Made by a program: the position numbers and the translations under genes. 64,000 bases of DNA, taken from Sulfitobacter sp. (GTDB lineage Bacteria; Pseudomonadota; Alphaproteobacteria; Rhodobacterales; Rhodobacteraceae). The stretch is taken from the NCBI GenBank assembly GCA_049680295.1, contig JBAUHN010000355.1:8836-72835 (forward strand), written 5' to 3'. The notes beneath the pieces are model-generated. The model worked only from the letters and a program-made list of their open reading frames with translations, did not search any database and was not told where the DNA came from. Within the stretch, counting starts at the first letter, position 1. Each line of letters opens with the position of its first letter. Below are positions 28,776 through 36,527 of the stretch, one piece after another.

Positions 28776-28958
28776 TCCGGCCGGCGAAGGGCAGTCAAGC
28801 CACCGAAAAATGCCATCTTCTACCCACGATAGAAAGTGTGGGTGTTTTACCCTAAAACCTTTTAAAGCCAGAAACATTGTGTTAAAAATTCGATTAAATA
28901 ATGGCAACGCAGCCCTCCTTCAGGTAACTGAGTTTGAATTGGTGAATAAGGAAACGAT

Positions 28959-29702
28959 ATGATTGGTAAAATTTTTAAAGCGGGAACCCTTGGCGTTGCT
29001 TTGGCAGTTGCAGGTTTTAGCACTGCAAATGCGGCAATTGTCCAGATCGCGACGGAAGAAGGCGTCGGCCAAACCACACAGCAAGGTATTCGCGACGAGA
29101 CCGGAACAACCGGTCTTGATCTGGCGGGTATGCTGGTCACAGCCAACTACGCAGACGGCTCAAGCGAGCAAATGACCTGGGCCGCGATCAACGAATATGA
29201 TCAGGGTGAAGCAACCGGCGCCGGCACACATATCTTTGCCAGCTGGGCTGCGTTTGAACTGACCGCAACACAGCGCCTCAGCTCGCTTTTGTTGCAGGCA
29301 GCCCCTGCAAGCAGCATCTTTGACATGTCGCTTCTGGCCGAAGGTGATGAAGGCAACACCCCGACCACATTGGGCGGCTATCCTTTCCGCGTGACAGACG
29401 ACAGTGGTCTGGGCGTGAGTGACGTTGTCACCGCAACCTACTCTGGCATCGTGACGCTGGCGGGTTACGCCACAGGTGTTGACGCCTATACAGACCTGCT
29501 GCTGGACTTTTCGCAAGCAGCCGGTGGTGGCCTTTTGGGCTACATCGAATTTGAAACAGATCTCGACACATTGCGCGTCTCTGGTGATCTGTCTGCCGTT
29601 CCAGTCCCAGGATCCTTCTGGTTGCTGCTGGCCGGTATCGGTGGATTGCTGATCCTGCGCCGCCGTCAGAACGCAGGCCCTGCGCTGGCGATGGCTGCCT
29701 GA
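28959..29702 (+). CDS. Secreted protein with a VPLPA-CTERM-type sorting signal
   Basis: Signal peptide (..AVAGFSTANA). C-terminus is VPVPGS, then the hydrophobic helix FWLLLAGIGGLLIL, then RRRQ, matching the PEP-CTERM/VPLPA-CTERM layout. Confidence 0.7.
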   Translation: MIGKIFKAGTLGVALAVAGFSTANAAIVQIATEEGVGQTTQQGIRDETGTTGLDLAGMLVTANYADGSSEQMTWAAINEYDQGEATGAGTHIFASWAAFELTATQRLSSLLLQAAPASSIFDMSLLAEGDEGNTPTTLGGYPFRVTDDSGLGVSDVVTATYSGIVTLAGYATGVDAYTDLLLDFSQAAGGGLLGYIEFETDLDTLRVSGDLSAVPVPGSFWLLLAGIGGLLILRRRQNAGPALAMAA

Positions 29703-29741
29703 TACTTTCTGGGTCCTTCGCCGGATCCATGAGTTAAAATT

Positions 29742-29780
29742 AAAACGCGGTCCAATAGATTTGGGCCGCGTTTTCTTTTG
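29742..29780. terminator. Bidirectional intrinsic terminator-like hairpin
   Basis: aaaacgcggtcc-N9-gggccgcgtttt followed by cttttg, between convergent genes ending at 29702 (+) and 29811 (-). The A-run and T-run flanks allow function on both strands. Confidence 0.6.
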
Positions 29781-29810
29781 TCATCTGCCTTTGGGCGCGC
29801 CGGCCCCGGT

Positions 29811-30548
29811 TCAGATTCGCTTTTTCTTGAAAATCGCTTCGGGGATATTGCGGATGATCATCATGATCAGCGCCCAGATCGGTTTGACATAGATGATGTT
29901 CTTTTTTCGGATCACGGCCTTTTCAATGGCTGCGGCCAGCGCCTGCGGTGATGCGGTCAGCTTTTCCGGCAGATCCATCCCTTCGGTCATCCGGGTGGCG
30001 ACAAACCCCGGTAGCACCGTGACCACATGCACGTTTGCACCTACCAGCCGGTTGCGCAGCCCCGAAAGATAGGCGGTAAACCCGGCCTTGGCCGATCCAT
30101 AGACATAGTTGGATGCCCGCCCGCGGTCGCCGGCAACCGAACTGATGCCCACCAGCGTGCCACGGCCGCGGGTTTCAAAGCGGTTGGCCAGCACTGACAG
30201 GATTGACGCTGGCCCCTCGTAGTTGGAGCGCATCACCTCGATGGCGGCATCCAGATCGCGTTCGTTTTCATCCTGATCGCCCAGGCGGCCAACGGCGCAG
30301 ACCACCACATCGGGCAGCGCGTCCAGCCCGTCGACAAAGCCTGCGTGGCTGCCGGTGTCCAACGCGTCAAATTCGTGCAGCGTGACGGGGACGCTGTGGC
30401 GCAGGGCGATGTCATCGCGGTCGGCACTTAAGGTATCCACGTTGCGCGCGGCCAGTTGAATGGCATGACCGGCGGCGGCAAATTGATGGGCGGTGGCCAA
30501 TCCGATATCGGAACGGCCGCCCAGGATCAGAACGGGATCCTTGCTCAT
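29811..30548 (-). CDS. dprE2: Short-chain dehydrogenase, DprE2-like (decaprenylphospho-2'-keto-ribose reductase homolog)
   Basis: SDR motifs (ILGGRSDIGLA, YGSAKAG). 4-nt overlap with the upstream DprE1-like gene, as in the mycobacterial dprE1-dprE2 pair. Confidence 0.7.
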   Translation of the reverse strand: MSKDPVLILGGRSDIGLATAHQFAAAGHAIQLAARNVDTLSADRDDIALRHSVPVTLHEFDALDTGSHAGFVDGLDALPDVVVCAVGRLGDQDENERDLDAAIEVMRSNYEGPASILSVLANRFETRGRGTLVGISSVAGDRGRASNYVYGSAKAGFTAYLSGLRNRLVGANVHVVTVLPGFVATRMTEGMDLPEKLTASPQALAAAIEKAVIRKKNIIYVKPIWALIMMIIRNIPEAIFKKKRI

Positions 30549-31867
30549 AATTTTAATCTTTCTGATTGGCTTGAGGTGAACTGCGTCGATACGCCGGTCT
30601 GATCACGCATGTCCAGAAACGATTGCACCCGATTGTCAGATGCGCGCAGCGTGTCAGACGTCATGCGGCTGTCCTTGGCCAGATAAAACCGGCCGCCATG
30701 GGCCAGGGTGATCTGATCCAGTTCAGACAGCAGCGACAGGGTTTTGGGCCGCACCGGGAAATCCAGCGCCAGCGTGTAGCCTTCCATCGGAAAGGAAAAC
30801 CGGCTGTCTTGCGCGCCAAAGCGTTTGAGCACGGCCAGAAAAGACCCCTGACCGGCCGCCGACAACCGTGTCAGCAGCGCCGTCAGCCCGGATTTCGAGG
30901 TCTCAAGCGGCAAGGCACATTGAAACTGGGCAAAACCATCCCGCCCGTAAATCCGGTTCCAGTCCAGGATCGCGTCCAGCGGATAAAAGTAGCTGTCCCA
31001 ATCGACCAGCTGCGTGCCGGCTTTGCGCGCGCCGGTATAATAATAAAGCGCGTTGAACGCCCGCACGCTATGGCGGTTCAGCGCAAATCCCGGCGCGTTG
31101 AACGGCACCCGCCGGGTGCCTTTGCGCGGTGTCTCAAACGGTCTGCGCCGCAGTTTCATCGGCAAGTCCCCGGCGCTTGCATGTTCGCCCAGCATCACCA
31201 AAGACCGCCCCAAAGCAGCGCCCGAGGCCAGACAATCAATCCACGCGACCGAATAGGTGGCGTCCTGGGCCGCCTCAAATATCGCCATCGCCGCCTCCAG
31301 ATTACCTGCAGGCAGGGTGGTCTGTTCAATCCAGCCGCTTTCAACCGGTTGCAACCGGAACGCGGCGCGCAGGATCACCCCTGTCAGCCCCATGCCGCCC
31401 ACCGTCCAGTCAAACAGATCAGGGTTCTGGTCCGGCCCACAACGGGTGATGGCGCCATCCGCCCCCATCACGTCAATCCAGTCAATAAACCGCCCGAAAG
31501 AGCCGTGTTTGTGATGGTTTTTGCCGTGCACATCCGCAGCAATCATACCGCCGATGGTGACAAATTTGGTCCCCGGTGTGACGCTAGGAAACCAGCCGCG
31601 GGGCAGAAACGAGGCGATGATATCGCTGAGCAGAACACCGGCTTCGGCGACGATCTGTCCGCTGGCCGCATCAAAGGCGGATATCCGGTTAAAGCCACGC
31701 ATGTCCAACGTGCCCTCCCGGTTCAGCGCACTGTCCCCATAAGCCCGCCCATTGCCCCGCGCGATCACCGGCCCGCGCGCAATCTGCCTGGCGACAGCAT
31801 CGGGGCTTCGGGGCCGCGCAATCTTGCAATGTTCAAGGGGAAATCGCCCCCAGCCAGAAATCTTCAT
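30545..31867 (-). CDS. dprE1: FAD-dependent oxidase, DprE1-like (polyprenylphosphoryl-beta-D-ribose 2'-oxidase homolog)
   Basis: Collinear motif matches to DprE1 as I remember it: GWGR, ARGNGRAYGDSA, TIGGMIAADVHGKNHHKHGSFG, GGMGLTGVI, FYPLD..WNRIYG..GFAQFQ, GGRFYLAKDSR. Confidence 0.8.
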   Translation of the reverse strand: MKISGWGRFPLEHCKIARPRSPDAVARQIARGPVIARGNGRAYGDSALNREGTLDMRGFNRISAFDAASGQIVAEAGVLLSDIIASFLPRGWFPSVTPGTKFVTIGGMIAADVHGKNHHKHGSFGRFIDWIDVMGADGAITRCGPDQNPDLFDWTVGGMGLTGVILRAAFRLQPVESGWIEQTTLPAGNLEAAMAIFEAAQDATYSVAWIDCLASGAALGRSLVMLGEHASAGDLPMKLRRRPFETPRKGTRRVPFNAPGFALNRHSVRAFNALYYYTGARKAGTQLVDWDSYFYPLDAILDWNRIYGRDGFAQFQCALPLETSKSGLTALLTRLSAAGQGSFLAVLKRFGAQDSRFSFPMEGYTLALDFPVRPKTLSLLSELDQITLAHGGRFYLAKDSRMTSDTLRASDNRVQSFLDMRDQTGVSTQFTSSQSERLKL

Positions 31868-32151
31868 CACGACATTCTTTACAATACCGGTGCTGAGCAC
31901 CTTTGGGCCAAGCGATACTTTAGACGGCCCTATATGGCCAGAGTATGGTCGAGTTATGGGTTTTTAGGGAGGTTTGCAGACCAGCGGTCCAGTTGTGGCC
32001 AAACGGCCAAAACTTCTGAAAATTACAGATTTGTAAGGAAAATTTTCTTGCAACCCTAGGGTATGCACGCTTAGGTAAGGCCTTAGGTCGGGGGATCTTG
32101 GTAAGTCAAAGCCGTGCATTGGTTTGCTAATCTTCTGTAGTTGGGTTCAAT

Positions 32152-33165
32152 TTGCGCAATACCGGTCCTGAAAAGCACCTCGAAATCGTGATTTCGATTA
32201 TCAATTACCGCACTGCGGAATTGACCATCGCCTGTGTGCAGTCGGTGCTGGATGACCTGTCCGGCATTGCGGCCCGTATCGTGGTTGTCGACAATAATTC
32301 AGGCGACGGATCCGCCAGGGTGATCGCCGACTGGATCGGCACGCTACCCGCAGACGCACCGGTCAGCCTGATCCTGTCGCCGACCAATTCAGGCTTTTCG
32401 GGGGGCCACAATCAGGGGATTGGTGCGCATCGCGCTGATTATTATCTGGTGCTGAATTCGGATGCGATCCTGCGGCCAGGATGCCTTGCCGCCCTGCTTG
32501 AGACGGCAAGGTCCAAGCCTGACATCGGTCTTTTCGCCCCGCGTCTTGAATATGATGACGGCACCCGGCAGACCAGCTGTTTTCGGTTTCCAAGCCCCTT
32601 GAGCGAGGTGATCCGCGGGGCCTGCAGTGGCCCGGTGACGAAGCTGCTGAAACGCTATGATATCCCGTTGGATATGCCGCCTGCGCCAGATCAGATTGAT
32701 TGGGCCAGCTTTGCCTGCATTATGCTGAGCGGCCGGATGATCGACGCTTTGGGCACGCTGGATCAGGGCTATTTCATGTATTTCGAAGATATCGAATACT
32801 GCTGGCGCGCCCGCAAAGCCGGATGGCGGATCATCTATGTGCCGCAGGCCCGCGCGGTCCACTATCGCGGCGGATCAGGCCCGGTGCAGCAAGGCGTGCG
32901 CGAAAACGCCCGGCTGCCGGCCTATTACTACGCTTCGCGGACCCGGTTTTTCTATCAGGCCTATTCAAGGGTCGGTGTTTTCGCGGCAAATGGCTGCTGG
33001 CTGCTGGGCCGCAGCTTTGCCAATCTACGGCGTCTGGTGGGCAAACCAGTGCCAAAAACCAACCAATCTGAACCGAAAGACATCTGGACGAACGCGCTTT
33101 CTCCGCTGGGGGACTGGCGCGCCGAGGGCAATGAACAAGGGCAACTGACAAATGGCACTTCCTGA
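32152..33165 (+). CDS. Glycosyltransferase family 2
   Basis: VISIINYRTAELT..VVVDNNSGDGS..LNSDA (DxD region)..FMYFEDIEYCWR. Clear paralog of the GT2 at 52916-53929. Confidence 0.85.
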   Translation: MRNTGPEKHLEIVISIINYRTAELTIACVQSVLDDLSGIAARIVVVDNNSGDGSARVIADWIGTLPADAPVSLILSPTNSGFSGGHNQGIGAHRADYYLVLNSDAILRPGCLAALLETARSKPDIGLFAPRLEYDDGTRQTSCFRFPSPLSEVIRGACSGPVTKLLKRYDIPLDMPPAPDQIDWASFACIMLSGRMIDALGTLDQGYFMYFEDIEYCWRARKAGWRIIYVPQARAVHYRGGSGPVQQGVRENARLPAYYYASRTRFFYQAYSRVGVFAANGCWLLGRSFANLRRLVGKPVPKTNQSEPKDIWTNALSPLGDWRAEGNEQGQLTNGTS

Positions 33166-33997
33166 TTTTCTGATCGTGGGGGCAATGAAATGTGGGACCA
33201 GTACGCTGGCCGCACAGCTTGGCGCGCAGCCGGGTATTTTCATGACCACCCCGAAAGAGCCAAACTTCTTTTCTGATGATGCGGTCTATGCCAAAGGGCT
33301 GGACTGGTACGCGCATTTGTTTGACGGTGCCCAGCCCGGCGATCTGAAGGGCGAGGCCAGCACCCATTACACCAAACTGCCCACCTATCCCAATTGCGTG
33401 GACCGGCTGACGGCGGTTTTAAAAGCGCCCAAGATCATCTACCTGATCCGTGATCCGCTGGTGCGGACCGTGTCGCATTATATGCATGAATGGAGCATGG
33501 GCGAATTCACCGACGACTATACGGAAACCTTTGCCGCCCACCCCGAGATGATTTCCTACAGTTGCTATGGCGAACAGATCGCGCCTTATGTCGAGGCCTA
33601 TGGCGCGCAGAATATCCTGATCACCAGTCTCGAAGAACTGGCCGCCCGCCCGCAGCAGACACTGGATGAGATATGCGCCTTTCTGGGCCATCCGGCAAAG
33701 CCGCAGTGGCATCAGGAAATCTCGCAGATGAACGTGTCTTCGGAACGCATCCGCCGCTTTCCGCTGCATGATGTTCTGATCGACAGCACGGTGGCCACCA
33801 CCCTGCGCCGATCGCTGGTGCCGCAATCCCTGCGCGACAAGATCAAGGACGCGCGCCGGCTTTATGACAGACCTGCACCGCCGCCCGGCCTGAAGGGCCA
33901 GCTGCAAAACCTCTTTGATCATGACTATGCCCTGCTGCGGTCCTTGTTTCCGAATTCTGAGCGGATCGACGCAAGCTATCTTTTCCGGACCGAATGA
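33152..33997 (+). CDS. PAPS-dependent sulfotransferase
   Basis: 5'-PSB loop FLIVGAMKCGTSTL and 3'-PB motif IYLIRDPLVRTVSHY. Overlaps both flanking GT2 genes (14 nt upstream, ATGA downstream). Confidence 0.8.
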   Translation: MALPDFLIVGAMKCGTSTLAAQLGAQPGIFMTTPKEPNFFSDDAVYAKGLDWYAHLFDGAQPGDLKGEASTHYTKLPTYPNCVDRLTAVLKAPKIIYLIRDPLVRTVSHYMHEWSMGEFTDDYTETFAAHPEMISYSCYGEQIAPYVEAYGAQNILITSLEELAARPQQTLDEICAFLGHPAKPQWHQEISQMNVSSERIRRFPLHDVLIDSTVATTLRRSLVPQSLRDKIKDARRLYDRPAPPPGLKGQLQNLFDHDYALLRSLFPNSERIDASYLFRTE

Positions 33998-34974
33998 CCA
34001 CAGATCCTGTTCTTGGCGCCGTCATTATCGGGCGCAATGAAGGGGGCCGGCTGATCCGCTGTCTGGCGTCCGTGGCCCCCGATGTGGCGCGCATGGTCTA
34101 TGTCGATTCCGGCTCCACCGACGGCAGTGCCGATGCGGCGCGCAAACTGGGCGCACAGGTGGTCGATATCGACATGACCCAGCCCTTTACCGCCGCACGC
34201 GCGCGCAATGCGGGGTTTGCCGCCCTGATGGCGGCAGGGCCGGTAGAGTATGTCCAGTTTGTCGATGGCGATTGCGAATTACAGCCCGGCTGGATTGCGG
34301 CGGCCCGCGATTTTCTGGAGGCGCACCCACAGGCCGCCGTGGCCTGCGGGCGACGGCGCGAACGCTTTCCCGAGGCCACGGTTTATAATCGCTTATGTGA
34401 CTGGGAATGGGACACAGCCCTGGGCCAGACCAAATCCTGCGGCGGCGATGCGTTGATGCGCGCGACGCATCTGGACGGGGTCGGCGGCTTTAACCCCGCG
34501 ATGATCGCCGGCGAGGAACCTGAATTATGCGTGCGCCTGCGCCAGGCCGGGTGGCAGATCTGGCGGCTGGACCATGAGATGACATTGCATGACGCCGCAA
34601 TGACACGGTTTGGCCAGTGGTGGAAACGTGCGCGCCGCGCCGGTCACGCCTTTGGCGAAGGGGCCGCATTGCATGGCGCGCCGCCCGAACGCCACAGTGT
34701 GGACGCCACCCGGCGCATTCTGCTCTGGGGCGTGGCGATTCCGGCCTTCATCCTACTGGCGGCTTTGCTTGTGACCCCCTGGGCGTTGCTGCTGGTGCTG
34801 CTTTACCCGGTGCAGGTCGCGCGTCTGGCGCGCCGCGAAGGGGCCGGGGACAGATCAAGCTGGGAACGGGCCTGTCTGCTGACGCTGGGCAAATTCCCCG
34901 AAGCCTTGGGCGTGCTGGAATACCACTGGCGCCGCCTGCTGGGACGCCCTGCAGGGCTGATCGAATATAAGTAG
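33994..34974 (+). CDS. Glycosyltransferase family 2 with C-terminal TM segments
   Basis: GAVIIGRNEGGRL..VYVDSGSTDGS..FVDGDC (DxD)..GEEPELC, then a hydrophobic C-terminal region. Confidence 0.8.
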   Translation: MTTDPVLGAVIIGRNEGGRLIRCLASVAPDVARMVYVDSGSTDGSADAARKLGAQVVDIDMTQPFTAARARNAGFAALMAAGPVEYVQFVDGDCELQPGWIAAARDFLEAHPQAAVACGRRRERFPEATVYNRLCDWEWDTALGQTKSCGGDALMRATHLDGVGGFNPAMIAGEEPELCVRLRQAGWQIWRLDHEMTLHDAAMTRFGQWWKRARRAGHAFGEGAALHGAPPERHSVDATRRILLWGVAIPAFILLAALLVTPWALLLVLLYPVQVARLARREGAGDRSSWERACLLTLGKFPEALGVLEYHWRRLLGRPAGLIEYK

Positions 34975-35020
34975 GGCTTTGGGAGATACAGGTTTAACGC
35001 GGAACGCGTTAATGTCTGGC

Positions 35021-35228
35021 CTGAACCCTGACTGTCTTGCTTAAAGCAATTCGACTTATACTTGAATCACTTGGTCGCTGCCTTTCCCTGCGGTCAAACG
35101 CGAACAAGTGATCAGTGATGCCTCAGGTCAAAGCCGAAACCCGATAGGCACGAAAAGCCGGGCCGCCAATCGCCCGGCGCCTTCGGCTTGTCCCGGGCAA
35201 GAGAAGGCGATCAAGGGCCGGTTTGAGT
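35021..35228 (+). repeat. Intergenic repeat family, copy C (modules 1+2)
   Basis: ctgaaccctgactgtcttgcttaaagc.., the hairpin atcacttggtcgc..gcgaacaagtgat, ..acgaaaagccggg.., then cgcccggcgccttcggcttgtcccgggc..gatcaagggccggtttgag. Aligns with copies A, B and D. Confidence 0.8.
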
Positions 35229-35335
35229 CAAAATCGACGGATGTTGCGTCCTCGGCCGATGGCCGCTTGCAAACGTGTGGCATTGAGTTGGGTGCTGCTT
35301 GCAGTTGCAGAGACACGCTTCTAGTGTGAGCGCGA

Positions 35336-35878
35336 GTGAATTTGGAGAAGTGCCTGATGTTGAAATACTTCGCCACCTTACTGGTCTCACGGGGGGAAAG
35401 AAGAACAGGCGTTTCGCTTGATTACGCGCGACATATTGCCCAAACAGATATTGCTTTGATGGCGCGATATGGAAAGATATTTTCTTTTCTCGATCCGAAC
35501 AGAAAGACCCCCGCTTTGGCATATCATACGGCGCGGTTGCGCGGTGCTATCGCAGCTGATTGCGGGACCTGTGTCGAAGCCGAAGTGAACCTTGCCAAAC
35601 GCGCCGGTATCAGCGTCGAAATTATCCATCAGGTGCTTTCGGCACAATACGCTGCACTCCCGCAAGAAATTCAGGCTGTCGCGCGCTTGTCAGACGCAGT
35701 GGTCGGGCGCCGGGAGGATGACGATGTTGCGCGTCAGACCGTCCAGTCTGCTTACGGCGATGCAGGCCTCATTGAACTCGGCTATGCGATGAATGGCGCG
35801 GCGCTCTTACCGGGAATCAAGCGCGCAATGGGCTATGCAACTACCTGTGATATCAATGTCTTGCGGCTCAAGGGTTAG
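35336..35878 (+). CDS. Hypothetical protein (possible AhpD/CMD-like fold, CGTC motif)
   Basis: 180 aa ORF at lower GC than its flanks, with a CxxC (AADCGTCVEAE) in a helical context. Family assignment is weak. Confidence 0.45.
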   Translation: MNLEKCLMLKYFATLLVSRGERRTGVSLDYARHIAQTDIALMARYGKIFSFLDPNRKTPALAYHTARLRGAIAADCGTCVEAEVNLAKRAGISVEIIHQVLSAQYAALPQEIQAVARLSDAVVGRREDDDVARQTVQSAYGDAGLIELGYAMNGAALLPGIKRAMGYATTCDINVLRLKG

Positions 35879-35970
35879 GTCTGTGTGGTCAGCATCAATC
35901 GGTTTGACGATCTTGTACCAATGACGTTTGATCCAATTGAGCAGGATATCAACGTTCGAGGAACTATTCT

Positions 35971-36351
35971 GTGACATTCCATTTCTTGATCAGCTTGGGT
36001 ATTGCCTGTTTGATTCTGACCGCGATCGTTCATTCGATTGGCGGTGAAAAATACCTGCTGCGCCCCCTATTCACGCACCGCGGAAACCATGTGCTGAACC
36101 ATAATCTGGGAAGAATGGTTTTGCGTTTTGCCTGGCATATTACTTCCGTTTTTTGGCTGCTGCTTGCAGCAATTCTCTATACATCAGCTTTCTACGAGAC
36201 ATATTTAGTCACATTTGTACTATGGTCAGTTGGCGCGACTTTTGCCGCTGTTGGTGTGTTTGACCTTTTCGCCAGCAGGGGACGTCATATAGGTTGGCCG
36301 CTGCTAGTTTTGACGGGCATTTTCATACTAGCGGCAACCGCTTACAAATAG
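35971..36351 (+). CDS. Hypothetical four-TM membrane protein
   Basis: 126 aa, GTG start, four hydrophobic segments. No motif recognised. Confidence 0.45.
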   Translation: MTFHFLISLGIACLILTAIVHSIGGEKYLLRPLFTHRGNHVLNHNLGRMVLRFAWHITSVFWLLLAAILYTSAFYETYLVTFVLWSVGATFAAVGVFDLFASRGRHIGWPLLVLTGIFILAATAYK

Positions 36352-36527
36352 AGCCTTTTCGGGATTTGGGAAACATATACGCTGGTCTGGTGCGTTCTGC
36401 ATTGCGCTAGAAATTTAGCCATTCGAAAGCGGCCATTGGATTGGAAAATAGAAATGACCGCATTGTCCCGCACAGCCGACCTTGGTTCAGACTTAAAATA
36501 CACGCATTTCAGGGACGCAAACGCGCC

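Noticed and set aside
30623-32059. A very long ORF (478 aa) antisense to the DprE1-like gene. Similar long antisense ORFs occur at 37947-39401, 48726-50024, 51615-52778, 56205-57380, 26598-27743, 41788-42717, 45427-46275, 53045-53965, 23950-24954 and 13352-14146.
   Set aside because: All lie opposite genes with strong family motifs. Their translations are Arg/Gly/Pro/Gln-rich low-complexity strings with no motifs. This is the usual stop-codon-poor antisense frame of GC-rich DNA.
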